Origin: Phoronis australis
Taxonomy: Eukaryota; Animalia; Phoronida
Length of the DNA: 64,000 nt
Assembly: GCA_002633005.1 (NCBI GenBank)
Contig: NMRA01000302.1
Span: forward strand, 80,589 to 144,588
Direction of reading: 5' to 3'
The position numbers and the translations under genes were made by a program. The notes below the pieces were generated by a model, which saw nothing but the letters and a program-made list of their open reading frames with translations, was not told where the DNA came from and made no database searches. How positions within the stretch are numbered: the stretch's first letter is position 1; each line of letters begins with the position of its first letter. Shown here piece after piece: positions 39,110 to 50,432 of this stretch.

Positions 39110-42100
39110 GTTATGCTTGTTTCAGGATATCAAAGATGTAATTTCGTCAAACACACCAACATGACCGCTTTTATTGAAAATATCATTCCATAACACCCCG
39201 GATTATCTCAATTTTTCCCAAAATAAATCGGGATAAAAGGTATGAATACCTTTTTATACGCTACCGCTTTTGAAGTGTTCGAAAAAAGAAATTAAAAATT
39301 ACAATTGCACACCGTCTGGTACACGTTGCACTAGACATACGCAGGCCGCGCATGTGGGCCCATTGCATTGATTATATTTAAGACAGCAGGCGACATAAAA
39401 CGAGGATGAAACCTGTGTTAAAAAGCAAAAATATGTCTCAAAACAATAGTTTGCGTAGACGCATATGGTAACGTGAAGTTAAGAGACAAACTAGCACAGG
39501 TACGGAAGGGATGTCCGTTTTAGTCGAAGCAAATTGGTGGTTTGGTGGACACCAATATCGCATGCGAAACGAAATTCAATGACAATAAAAAGAAATTCAA
39601 GACGCACAGCTTCAGAAGTTAAGCTATTTTAGTGGAAAAGAGACGCATAAAGTTACTGCAACATAGTATAATAAGTTGATGCTGGAGCGTGCACCTGTCC
39701 GAGACTTCAGTTTCACAGACGACTGGGCCATTTTAGTTGGTCCGATATCCCCCGGGGAAATATACTTTCTCATGAAAATTTTTTTTTAATTCAAAGTACA
39801 AGACACGCTCAATCATCGAATCAACTCGTCAACGATAGAGACAACTATCAAGTGCCTTTGTGACGGCGGGTGAGGCTTTGTGAGAATCGAGTGACGTGTG
39901 TGGCAATTAACTAGGACTCAAAGCTAGATCAGTGACTCTGTTGCCGAGTTTCGCTTTGACAGAGAAGATGGAACTTTGATGTTTGACAATTTATAGTTCG
40001 GAAGAATTAAAATACCCATAATAAACAGCGTGGGAAATACAAGGTATAACTTGTCAGCATTATGGGGAGATATCTTTCTGGTGCGTGCATATGTCAAAAA
40101 CAAGTTCAAGAATTGTCTGAGAAAATTCAATTAGAACCAGAAAATACGAAGTGTCAATGCCAAAATTTCGTCTAAAATGTCCTTGAATTATTACAGTTAC
40201 AACCATTCAACAATATTAAGATGTCCCAAAGTTGTCCAAATATTTTCAACCTTATTCATTCATGACTGTTATTAATTATCTTACAAGATGTTATACGCCA
40301 CGCAGTTCATCTCCATGAGTTATCCGAATCCACCGCTAATGCATTTACACAGTAATATCGAACTGTTGGGAATGTTAATATTGTTTTCAATTACCATGTG
40401 GACATTATATCCCCGTCCGCCACACGAAACTTTTCCAGCGCACTATTTTCGGCGCAATAATGCATATCACGTGCTCAAGAAGTGTCATCCCCGCTCGATT
40501 TGGGAGGTCCGTATTGGACACGCTGGGCACTTCACAGCATGTCTTAAAACTTAGGAAACTGATACATAAAGAAAGTACCACCGAAGGAATTCTGACTACT
40601 GTCTGGGACAAGAAAAGATGCCAACAAGGCGGGACTGCAGTCAGTGGTCGGACTGCTCAATCAGCATGCATAAAATTTATGCGCTGAACCACTGAATAAT
40701 TAAAGGGGGTGAAGGGATTTTTCGTGACCACGAAACGGCACTTTTTGCTTTACGTGAACGTGAAACTGGCGTTTTCATATTCGACGTGAATCGCGATTTA
40801 AGGCCACCGTCAATGTCAAATTAGTCCAAATTCGTGAAAAGTTGGGGTTGATGAGATAGGGCGGGGGGAGGGGCGGAGGAAGAATCGGTGACTACCGGAG
40901 GAGGGGAGAATAGGTTGCAAGCGGCTGGAGCATTGGTGGCACCGGCGCGTTGGTAAAGGAACGCAATTAGGCGAGGACAAAAATAGTGCATGTGGTGATC
41001 CGTAAAACTCAAAAAAATAATATCATGAATCGTGAAATCGGCAATTTTTCACTGAGTGAATCGTTCCTTACCTCCATCCTCCTCCTAAATCGATTGGCCG
41101 GACTGGTAAATATTTTTGCCTAGTCTCGGGGCCTGTACCATAAGGCAATGAGCGCATCAACTGAAATCATGATTCTATAACTAGGTAATGTTTTGATCAC
41201 ACACACGAGCGAACGACCCCCAGCCGTATTTACGGGGTCCGGTCATTCGTGCAATGGCGGCAGGACTTCTGCGGATGACGTCATTGAATTTAGCTGTCCA
41301 ATCACTATTTGCCTCTACCCTTTGGATAAATAATGTCTAAAGGTTAGTATTCGAACTTAACAAATCATAATTTTAGCATAGTCAATCGAATCGCGGCAAA
41401 GTATGCCTTTTAATTTTTTCTCGTATTTCCCCAGAAAACGCGTCGTTTGTTATACTTAACGTACATGCTATCAGCGAATCGACACGAATCACCGAGTAAG
41501 GTGTCAGTTTAATTATTATTTCAATTTGTCCACTTCACTACATGAAGTGATGTAAGAGTTTATCACCCCATCACTACTCGGCCACACTAATGGGTGAGAA
41601 ATCACATATATATCCATTAAATCTGCATCATGTAAATATAAAAGGAATTATGTTTTTATTCAAAACCTTTCACTAATTCCTATAAATATGTGTAGTCATT
41701 AATGACTAACAGAGACGAGTATTCTAACCAGATGTTGCTATTTCTATGCATGGGCCGATGGGCCGACGCGTGAATACACCAAACACAATCACAGCACAAT
41801 TGTTGATTTTGATTATCAGTCTTTAAAAAGTACCAGTTAAAATTTGCTACTGTAGTTAAAAGTGCATAATATTATAGCATTGGACATCGAAATTAGAGAT
41901 TCCGCTTCACATAACGAACTAAATTTGCTAGTTCATCCTAGAACCAGAAAAGCATAAAAATAATGACTCACGGCAAATGTAAGCTTTGTCAGTTTTTTGC
42001 CGTCACTGGAAATATTGGATCCCTATATCGTTATACTCGCTTGTTTGAAATTGCAAACTAATTGAATTCCTTAGCTGAAAGACGCTAATGCTAAAGCTAC

Positions 42101-45100
42101 CTCAGAATGTTTCATAAATTCTGCACACATTGTCACATGTACAAGAACATCTATTTCTAAAAAAGGGCTCCACATGTTTAATTACTAGCTGTCATCAAAA
42201 TCTCGAACAGGCCCGGTCATGTAAGACCTTTTGACGATTTTTTAGGAACGTCTTATTCCTGAGAACGAAGCTAATAATGTTGCGTTCAAACAATAAACTT
42301 TCGCGATTCCGTAAAAAACGAAAAGAATTCGCATGAAAGAGCCTACAGATGTACTTTTAAAGTTCAGTATCAATACAAACGCTATTGAAAATTTACAGTA
42401 TTATGTTGAAAGATTTTTGTAAGAAAGATACATCACTTAATTTGATTTGTGTCATGTTTTTTAAACGGAAATAAAGCTGTGAGGGTAGGGTCGTAGAAAT
42501 GACGACTGCATTGGAATTGGGTAATCGGCGAATAGAAGGCGACGTATGCCCGGGGTGATTTGAGAAGTAGTTTTTAAAGAACAAAGAAGTCTATTAGATA
42601 AATACTACGATTGAAAATTTTGCGACAATATCGTACTCGCTATCCTGAGGAAGCAACTATTTCTCAAAATATGATACGGCTTTATTTACCAGTACCAGTA
42701 CATCCGCCTCAACGTTTGAATACAGATGCCATTTTGCGAAAGTCTATCGAACAGTTTTTAAGATCATCAAAGAGGACGTACATGTATAGCCTACTTCACA
42801 CCGTCCAATCCATTAACCCAAAACTAACACAAAAGAAAGGTGGACCGTCACAAAAATACATTTCGCAAATCTAACAAGTTCGACTTGTTATTTTTAACAC
42901 TGAATTTGTTTCCCATAAAAGGGGCGCACAAAAACGTATAAACATACCATTTGGTCATGACACACGTTTCTATACAGGCATTGAAGTAAAAAGTTTAACC
43001 GAGGCAAACATATATTGATACAGTAAGAAAAATTACTCGTCTCGTTTGCAAACAGCGCTTTTGGTACTCAGTGATTCATGAAATTAATGATACCTTTGGT
43101 GGACAAAAAACAACACCTTCAACAAAACATACGAACAAAGTCACGGGAAATTAGCAAATATTAAAAGGCACACATTACTCTACACTCCTTCGCAAGCAAT
43201 TATTCCTCTCGTAAATCACCGTTAGATATTGTCACAGGTGAGCTATGGCGCTTTAGTTGAGCAGAGGTCTCATCGGAGTTCATGTTTATTTACTGCCAAT
43301 AGGAGTAAAGAGTTCACTACAGGGATGACCTACCAAAAACTACCCGATGTATTCTCTTCAGTATTTGAACTGGGGTAGCTCCCTCTAAGAAGTTTCAGAC
43401 TCATTCCTTTACAACAGTTAATTGCTATAGTGTGGCGCTGATAAATATTTACATGTATAAATTCGAGAGAAAGCATTTAGACCGGCGTTTACACATTTCC
43501 TCACATTTAAACCTTCCGACGGAAATCCCTAAACAGGAGCGGTATAAATTCTAACAAATTGTGTTCCGAAATTTATTCAAGCCAACTATCAAAACAACTT
43601 GAAATTGCCATCGACGAGGAAAACCAATTCTTGAAGGGTTGGTCCGATGATTTTTACTCGATACTATTTGGGGATAGTAAGATTGAGGGATTCTTTTGTG
43701 CATTAGGCGGAATTTTTTTTATTTAAATTAGCATTTCAAGTTTAAAGTTATATTCTGCGCAACATGTCGGCTCAAATTCGGCAAAAATGGTCAACCGTGT
43801 GTGCAAAAACATAAAATAAGAGTAAAGTCGTTTCATCATTAAGCAAAAAATAACGTTTGCAGACTATTTTTACATCAGGCCTAAAGAATATCGGTTAGCA
43901 TGAACATGTGACGGTAAGTCCTAACCGGATAAAAATCACCTAAAGTCGGAATCGGCCGACCAGGTAAGCATCGCCTCATATGCGACTTGAGAATGTGAAA
44001 TCGACGCCGGACAATGTTCGGATGCTCACTGCCAATTTAACAGTGTTGCAGAAGTAGCGTAGTACCTGCCCCGTGCTCCTTTGGGGCCCCGCGGCTAACA
44101 TCATTTTAAGTGGCACCAATAGCATATATACAATAGTTTCTGCACCTCCATGGAAACACTAACCTCAGCTGATGCGAATCCGATTTGTAAAGTTTGTATT
44201 GAGGCCGGGCACTTTTAATATGTGTAGTGTCAACGGTGGGGGCCCCGCTCAGTGAGCCCTGTCAAAGAATTGTAGGTATCATAGTGCTGCTCAGTTCTTA
44301 AGCTTGCACACTAAAAACGCAATCCTAAATGTACCAGGCATTACTTTATTTTTGGCAATTCTTGAATTTATAGTTCGGGTTTTGATGAAATACTGTGCGA
44401 CAAAGTATGCAAAAATGTACATAGTTGACAAAGGTAGCATTCTTGATACTAGAATGGGAACTCTGATTAGCGTGTGTGAATTATCCTAAAATCTTCCAAT
44501 TCCATCAACAGACAGCGTTACCCAGTGGACACACTGTCTTATCTTGTAGAAGTCGTCTCAATTGCTTTCCTTATCAAAACTGAAAATTGCATCTATTTTG
44601 CTTTTCCTTCGAGACAATCGTTGTATGAGCATTTGAGTAGGGACCGCAGCTGCTGGATACAACAAATGATTCTGAAGAGTTCCAGAAAACTGAGCTTTAC
44701 TCTAGGGTACAATGATTACCGATTTTGATACTACTCAAAGACGACGTACGCCCGACTGTCCACCGATATGACAGTTTTCGGCGGAAAACTTCATCAGATC
44801 GCCATGGAATACTTTAAGCGACTTCTGGGCATTAGGTCAGTCGTTATTTCTTGTTTCCTGTCAATCGCACTGCCAACATTATTAAAACATTGACTGGCTA
44901 ATACCCATTCTATGTAAATATTGTTATAAGGGAGTAATAAAACAAGCACCTGTTGCAAAGTTCAAACGTGATCTTTCGAGAAATACAACGTTCCCATATT
45001 TTCCAACACCAGGTCATACTAAGATTTCGCTGGTCCTCAAACATAAAGCCGAAAGTTTACAAGATTTTTACGAAATGCGGGATAACATCGCTCACCATGC

Positions 45101-45695
45101 CTCACATTGGCAGAGGAGTATAAACTTCTTACACCTCTATCTATTGCATACCTTACCTGTGGTGTGACGTCAGAAGCCTTAATCCACATGATATCAAGGT
45201 TTTTGTCTAGTCAAGTTATATGCCAGAGAGACTTGAAGAATATTATTTTATTGATTAAGGCAAGGTTACATAAATATTTCATAACACAACATCCCCTACA
45301 CTGTATTGTGCGACTGAAACTTCATCGAAGCCCTGCACACAAAATAACATTCCCAAGTATTTGCTTATGTGTTTATCTTTTTATCTGTGGGGTTTATACA
45401 TCTATCTTTGTACAAGCCCTCCTAAACAATTAATCCACAACCTTATTAAAGTTGCTGAATCCTTCTTTTTCCGTTTTTGATTTTTTTTCTTTTGAATTGT
45501 CTGAAACTAAACAAGTTTCTAAGAGTTTTAAAAATGTTTCGAATTTTCCACCAAAACATTGGCGTATAGGCATTTTGCTTTATGGGTCAGACATTTCTAG
45601 GGACACCAGAACAATTTTATATGATTATTGTTAGACAATATGCCATTTGGGCATTTTTGGTACATTGCAGTACAACGAAATAGACAACGAGACTG

Positions 45696-48600
45696 TCAAT
45701 CATCACTGTCATCATCACTGTCACCATCATCATCACTGTCACCATTACCATGGTCACTATCATCACTGCAGTCACCACTTCCTGCACCGCTTTTACTTCC
45801 ACTGCCAGCCTTTTCCTCCTCACCACCACCAACGGCATTGTCACCCTCCTCCAGCATGTCGGCAAAGAACTCATTTTTATCACTCTTATTAAGACTCTTA
45901 TTTCTGTGAGCCTTCTTGGCTTTCCTGCTGGCGTCCACGCTCTGATTGGGCAGATCCTCAATATTCCAAAATTTAACCGTCTGATCATGTGAACAACTTA
46001 CGAGGAACTTGGAGTCATGGGATTTGCTCATGTTCTCCACAGGGAAGTCGCCGTGGCTACCGATGCTCCCCATGAATCTGTTTGGCAGGATGTTGACGGC
46101 ACGGATGACACCATCCATGGAGCCGGTGCAGAGGATGTTCTCGGTGATGGGAACAATGCAGTCTATGGAGAGGGGGTGGCCAGGAAACCGGTCGCTGATG
46201 TTTCCCCACTCGCTCCAGTTGAAAATGTTCAAGACACCGTCTCCACTGCCACACACAACTTTTGTCCCATCCTGTAATTACCAATGGAATGAAGTAAAAG
46301 AAGGAAACAAGCCGGGCTATCTGGCAGCTTTAAAACAAAATATTAAATGCTGCTGAAAGATAAAGCTGTTTATCATGCTTTTCCATAAAAAAGAAAAACA
46401 ATGAATATAAGTACAGGAAGTACTTGCTTAACCAATTTCTTCTAGAACCACATATGCAAGTGCCAAATAAATTTTAAGGATAAAGTCACCTCCTGATTGG
46501 CTGTCAGTGACTAAAAAGAAGTTATATCAGTGGCTCATATGCAACAGCGCCACCTTTAGTTACTGCTTATCAATTGCATTTTAGTGCTCAAATCTATTCC
46601 TAGGGCATGTCAGCCTGCTATTATTAACAAACAAAAGAACAAGAGCAACACGGAGCACTGAAATGCGCCCACGAATGTATCGCAAATGGTGTGCTTTTAG
46701 GGTTATTTGCATCATAAAAATGGCCACTAGATGGCGCGTACAATCTGTCCACAAATGGGAACATGCCACATTTCATAAAACTCTGTCAAGATCAGAGAAA
46801 CAAAGAAAACAGAACAAAATGAAATTGCCACTACTGGGCACAGCATCCGTTCTATCTGCCTGAAAGTTGTCTGTTATCCTCATATAAATTCACTTACTAA
46901 ATTTAATAAAGATCCTGCAGTGGGTTTTGAAGATACAGCTGTGGGCGCAAAACAAAACAAAACTACCACTAGGAGGCGCCACAGTAGTCAATCACCATTA
47001 TCAAACGTCCTCTTCACACTGAAAACAGGTACGCCAATTTTCAAAACCACCCGTAGAATGATTTGGTTGATCGAGGAGTGGACGTCAAAAACAAGATTTG
47101 AAAACGGCAAAAACGGCCACGAGGTGGCGCAAAATACCTCGATTCCATTCAAAAACAGGATGATAGCGTCATCTCACCAATAGATGCCTACAATCAAAAT
47201 TTTATGAAAATCTGTTGAGGACCTTTGAAGATAGAGACTGGTAAATATAAAACTAAAATTGCCACTAGGGGGCAGACCAGAAGTCAGATCCGTCCGAAAG
47301 TCGTCGTTGTCCATAGCCAACATCATATAAATACACTTCCTAAGTTAATTAAAGACCCTGCAAATGGTTTAATAGATACAGCCATGAGTGCAAAATCAAC
47401 AAAACTGCCACTAGGAGGCGCCACAATAGTTGAACTCGGAAAATCGTCGTCAGCTGTCCGCTTCATAGTAAAATTAACATACATGCAAATTTCCACAATT
47501 ATCCTGAAAGTCGTTTGGTTGACAGACGATTGGACGCCAAAAAACAGACTCGAAAACAGTAAAAATCATCCTTTAAGCAGTTTGGTAGGTAGAGGGTGGA
47601 CGCAAAAAACAGTAAAAATGACCACTAGGTGGCACAAACTACGTCAAATCCATCCGAAAACGGGAGGATAGCATCACCTTCCTAATAGGTGCCTATATAC
47701 CAAATTTTATGAAAATCCGTTCAGGACCTTTGAAGATACAGAGGTAAACGTGAAACACTAAAATTGCCACTAGGGGGCACACTGGTAGTCGGATCCGTCT
47801 GAAAGTTCGCTCATGCCGTCCCATACACAGAATAAACACATGTGCGAAATTTCATGAACATACGCAAAGACATTTTAGAGATAGAGCAGCAAACGCCAGA
47901 CGGACGGACGCCCGTACGAACGGAGATGACGGCATAATGCGTCCACATATAAATATGTGGGCACACAAAAACGTCAATTTAAAAATTCTCGTAAATGTGG
48001 AATAATCTCCTGGACTGCTTGCAAATTGTCGTGTGGCAGTGCTAATTAGGTCATATAAACAGGTAGAGGTCTTCTTAGCCGCAAACAAATATTTGTCTAA
48101 TAGGAAAGCGTCACCTGATGTTCACTAAGTAAACTGAACATCCGGGTTTTGATCCAATGTCATTATCAGAATGATATCTGACGAGTACCTAGTCGGGCTT
48201 GCCCATCGCAGCCAACAGCCATGCAAGTAATCGGTGATGACTCTCAAAATCAATTCAAAATTGTGCCTCCAATCGGAAATAATGCATTCCTTTCTGAAAA
48301 AATTCTGACTCCGACAACTCTTCATAGAGCCACGGGTCATCGATTGCACCACTTATTGACCATACCTTCATCATAGCAAGTGACAGCTGCTCCGAGTCTA
48401 ACAACTCTGACTGCATGTCCATCTTGTGCTTGCGAATGTTGAACGCCGTCAGCGTGCCATCACCACTTGTCGCCACCAATAGACGACCGGCATCATTGAC
48501 GAGCATGTCACTGATGAACTCTTCATTTTCCCTAACCTCCATCACTGTTTTCTTGAATCTCATGTCCCAGACCTACGTCAAAGGACAAAAGGTTCATACA

Positions 48601-50363
48601 AAATATGGTACAAAGCACCACTGGTTACTGATGCTATGGTTGGTGCATAGTCATTCGCACTTGCATGGTCATTGCTTAAGTTCAACAACAGAAGCCATTG
48701 GAAGGGTTGTTGAAATACTACTAAAATTGGCCTCAGTTTCACCTCCGTTGTGTCAGAAACTGGGATAAAACTTGCATGTAAATAACAGGAGATTTAGAAG
48801 AAAGTTCTGTCACAATAAAACAGTCAATTATTTCACAAGGAGATCAAAAATAATAATTGCACGCTGTGTGACACGTTGTACCAGACATGGGCAGGGCCCT
48901 CAAATGGGCCCATTGCACTGATCAGCTGAAACCCTGGTTATCAGGGACGGATCCAGGATTTTGAATGGGGGGGGGCAGGGCAGAGTATTAGACAGGATTT
49001 TAGCCGTGAGATATTCGCACCCCCAAACTGCCAAGTGAAATCTGGGAGAATTTTAGGGGGGTCATGGCCCCCTTCTAAATCCGCCACTGGTTATACCTTA
49101 TTAAATAAATGTGTAGTTAAGATCGAGCTGAGGAGCTAGAGGCCTGACTCAAGTGTCTCACAGTGTGAACCAGAGATACTTGAACCCACGACCTTGAACC
49201 CATGACCTTGAATATAGGAAACACTTATCTCACTAGGCCACACTGCCTCCTCTCACAAGGAGATATGATCATAATTTGTTTTAAAATGATACCAATAGAA
49301 AGTTGCATGTAAATTGCTAAATGCAGTTTTAAAGCAGAAATTTTATGATTTATGCAATGTCAACCCTGTGTCCAGACCAAAAAACGCAAGATCATGGAAT
49401 ACGTCACGAGATATCACCATGTACTACAACCGAGGCACATCGCACGAGTTAGATTCCTTCGAGATTCTCGAGTCTACAGAACTCAGGCCAAGGTAAAGTT
49501 AACATTTCCACATTTTATTTTCCAATTTCAAATTAAATCTGGGCGCACAGTCTGATTAGCATAGGATGTATAAAAAATAACAATGCTTTACTTTCCAAAG
49601 AAATTTAGCACATGCACACACCACTTTTTGTTAAAATGAAGACTTTGGATGAGACAAACATGCATCCACGCCTGTTGAAGGAAATGGGTAAGTCCTCAGA
49701 CATGAGAGAACTTTTGTTAAATAAAGACTCCATTATCACGAATGTTCTGCTACAGATTGCAAACACATACTATTTGACTAATTATGCGATTTGCAGCAAG
49801 TAATTCAAAGAATCACTGGCCCATCTCTATGGAAACTATTTACATGGACGAAAAAAATTCTCTGTTTGCATACTTGAACACAATGCCAACAATTTCATGT
49901 TGTTTTCGAAAGTTAAAAAAATTTCATACAGCAAATCAAGTACTGAGAAACATCACGTGATCACTACACAACATACCTTCAAGTTACCATCATCATCTCC
50001 CGTTGCTATGATGTTCTTGTCCACAGGAAGCAAGCAATAGATCGGAGATTCGTGCGCTTTCTTCAGTCTGTCCAGTACAGTGCCAGAGTTCAAATCGACC
50101 ACGGCAAACGATTTGTCCTTCGAAGCTGTATACAGACACTCACCGTCGTCACTGAATCGCACGGCTCGGCAAGCTTTTTTATGATGTCCAAATGACATCA
50201 GTTCATGATTGTCCTCTGAACAAGAGTACGAATGTATCGAAACATCGCCCTCGATGGTACCAACAGCGAGGACATCTTTGGATGGATGACATTTCACGTC
50301 CACAACAAGTGTGTCAAAGGTCAAGTCTTTTGGTTTCTCCGCAGAAGAACACTTATTCGCCAT
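45696..50363 (-). CDS. WDR55: WD repeat-containing protein 55 (389 aa, acidic C-terminal tail)
   Basis: Exons 50363-49977, 48572-48366, 46271-45696, phase 0, 1170 nt. HHKKACRAVRFSDDG, ATGDDDGNLKVWD, ATSGDGTLTAFNIR, WGNISDRFPGHP, FFAD plus D/S-rich tail. AATAAA on - at 45252-45247. Confidence 0.93.
46638..47970 (+). mobile_element. Helentron-associated (HINE/DINE-1-like) non-autonomous element with 430-500-bp internal tandem units
   Basis: Begins AACAAGAG, has repeated AAATTGCCACTAGGGGGCA blocks (46822, 47256, 47761), a CGGA/GACG microsatellite near 47900 and a terminal hairpin CCACATAT-AA-ATATGTGG. Confidence 0.6.
48942..49089 (-). mobile_element. MITE family C inserted in a SINE-like repeat
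   Basis: Inverted family C copy with GTTAT on both sides; flanks match the uninterrupted repeat at 18575-18716. Confidence 0.8.
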
Positions 50364-50432
50364 TTTCAATTTTTCCGTCACTTCTAGTCCAACACTTTAA
50401 ATAGTGCAAACAATGTGAAGAAGAGTCCAACT

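Noticed and set aside
40340-40700. Possible LINE endonuclease remnant (also weak LINE-like traces at 44.3-44.9 kb and 54.0-54.8 kb)
   Set aside because: Similarity is too faint to support without a search.
45617-45992. His-rich, Ser-rich and Val/Met-rich ORFs
   Set aside because: Alternative frames or antisense of the WDR55 acidic GAT/GAC/AGT-rich tail.
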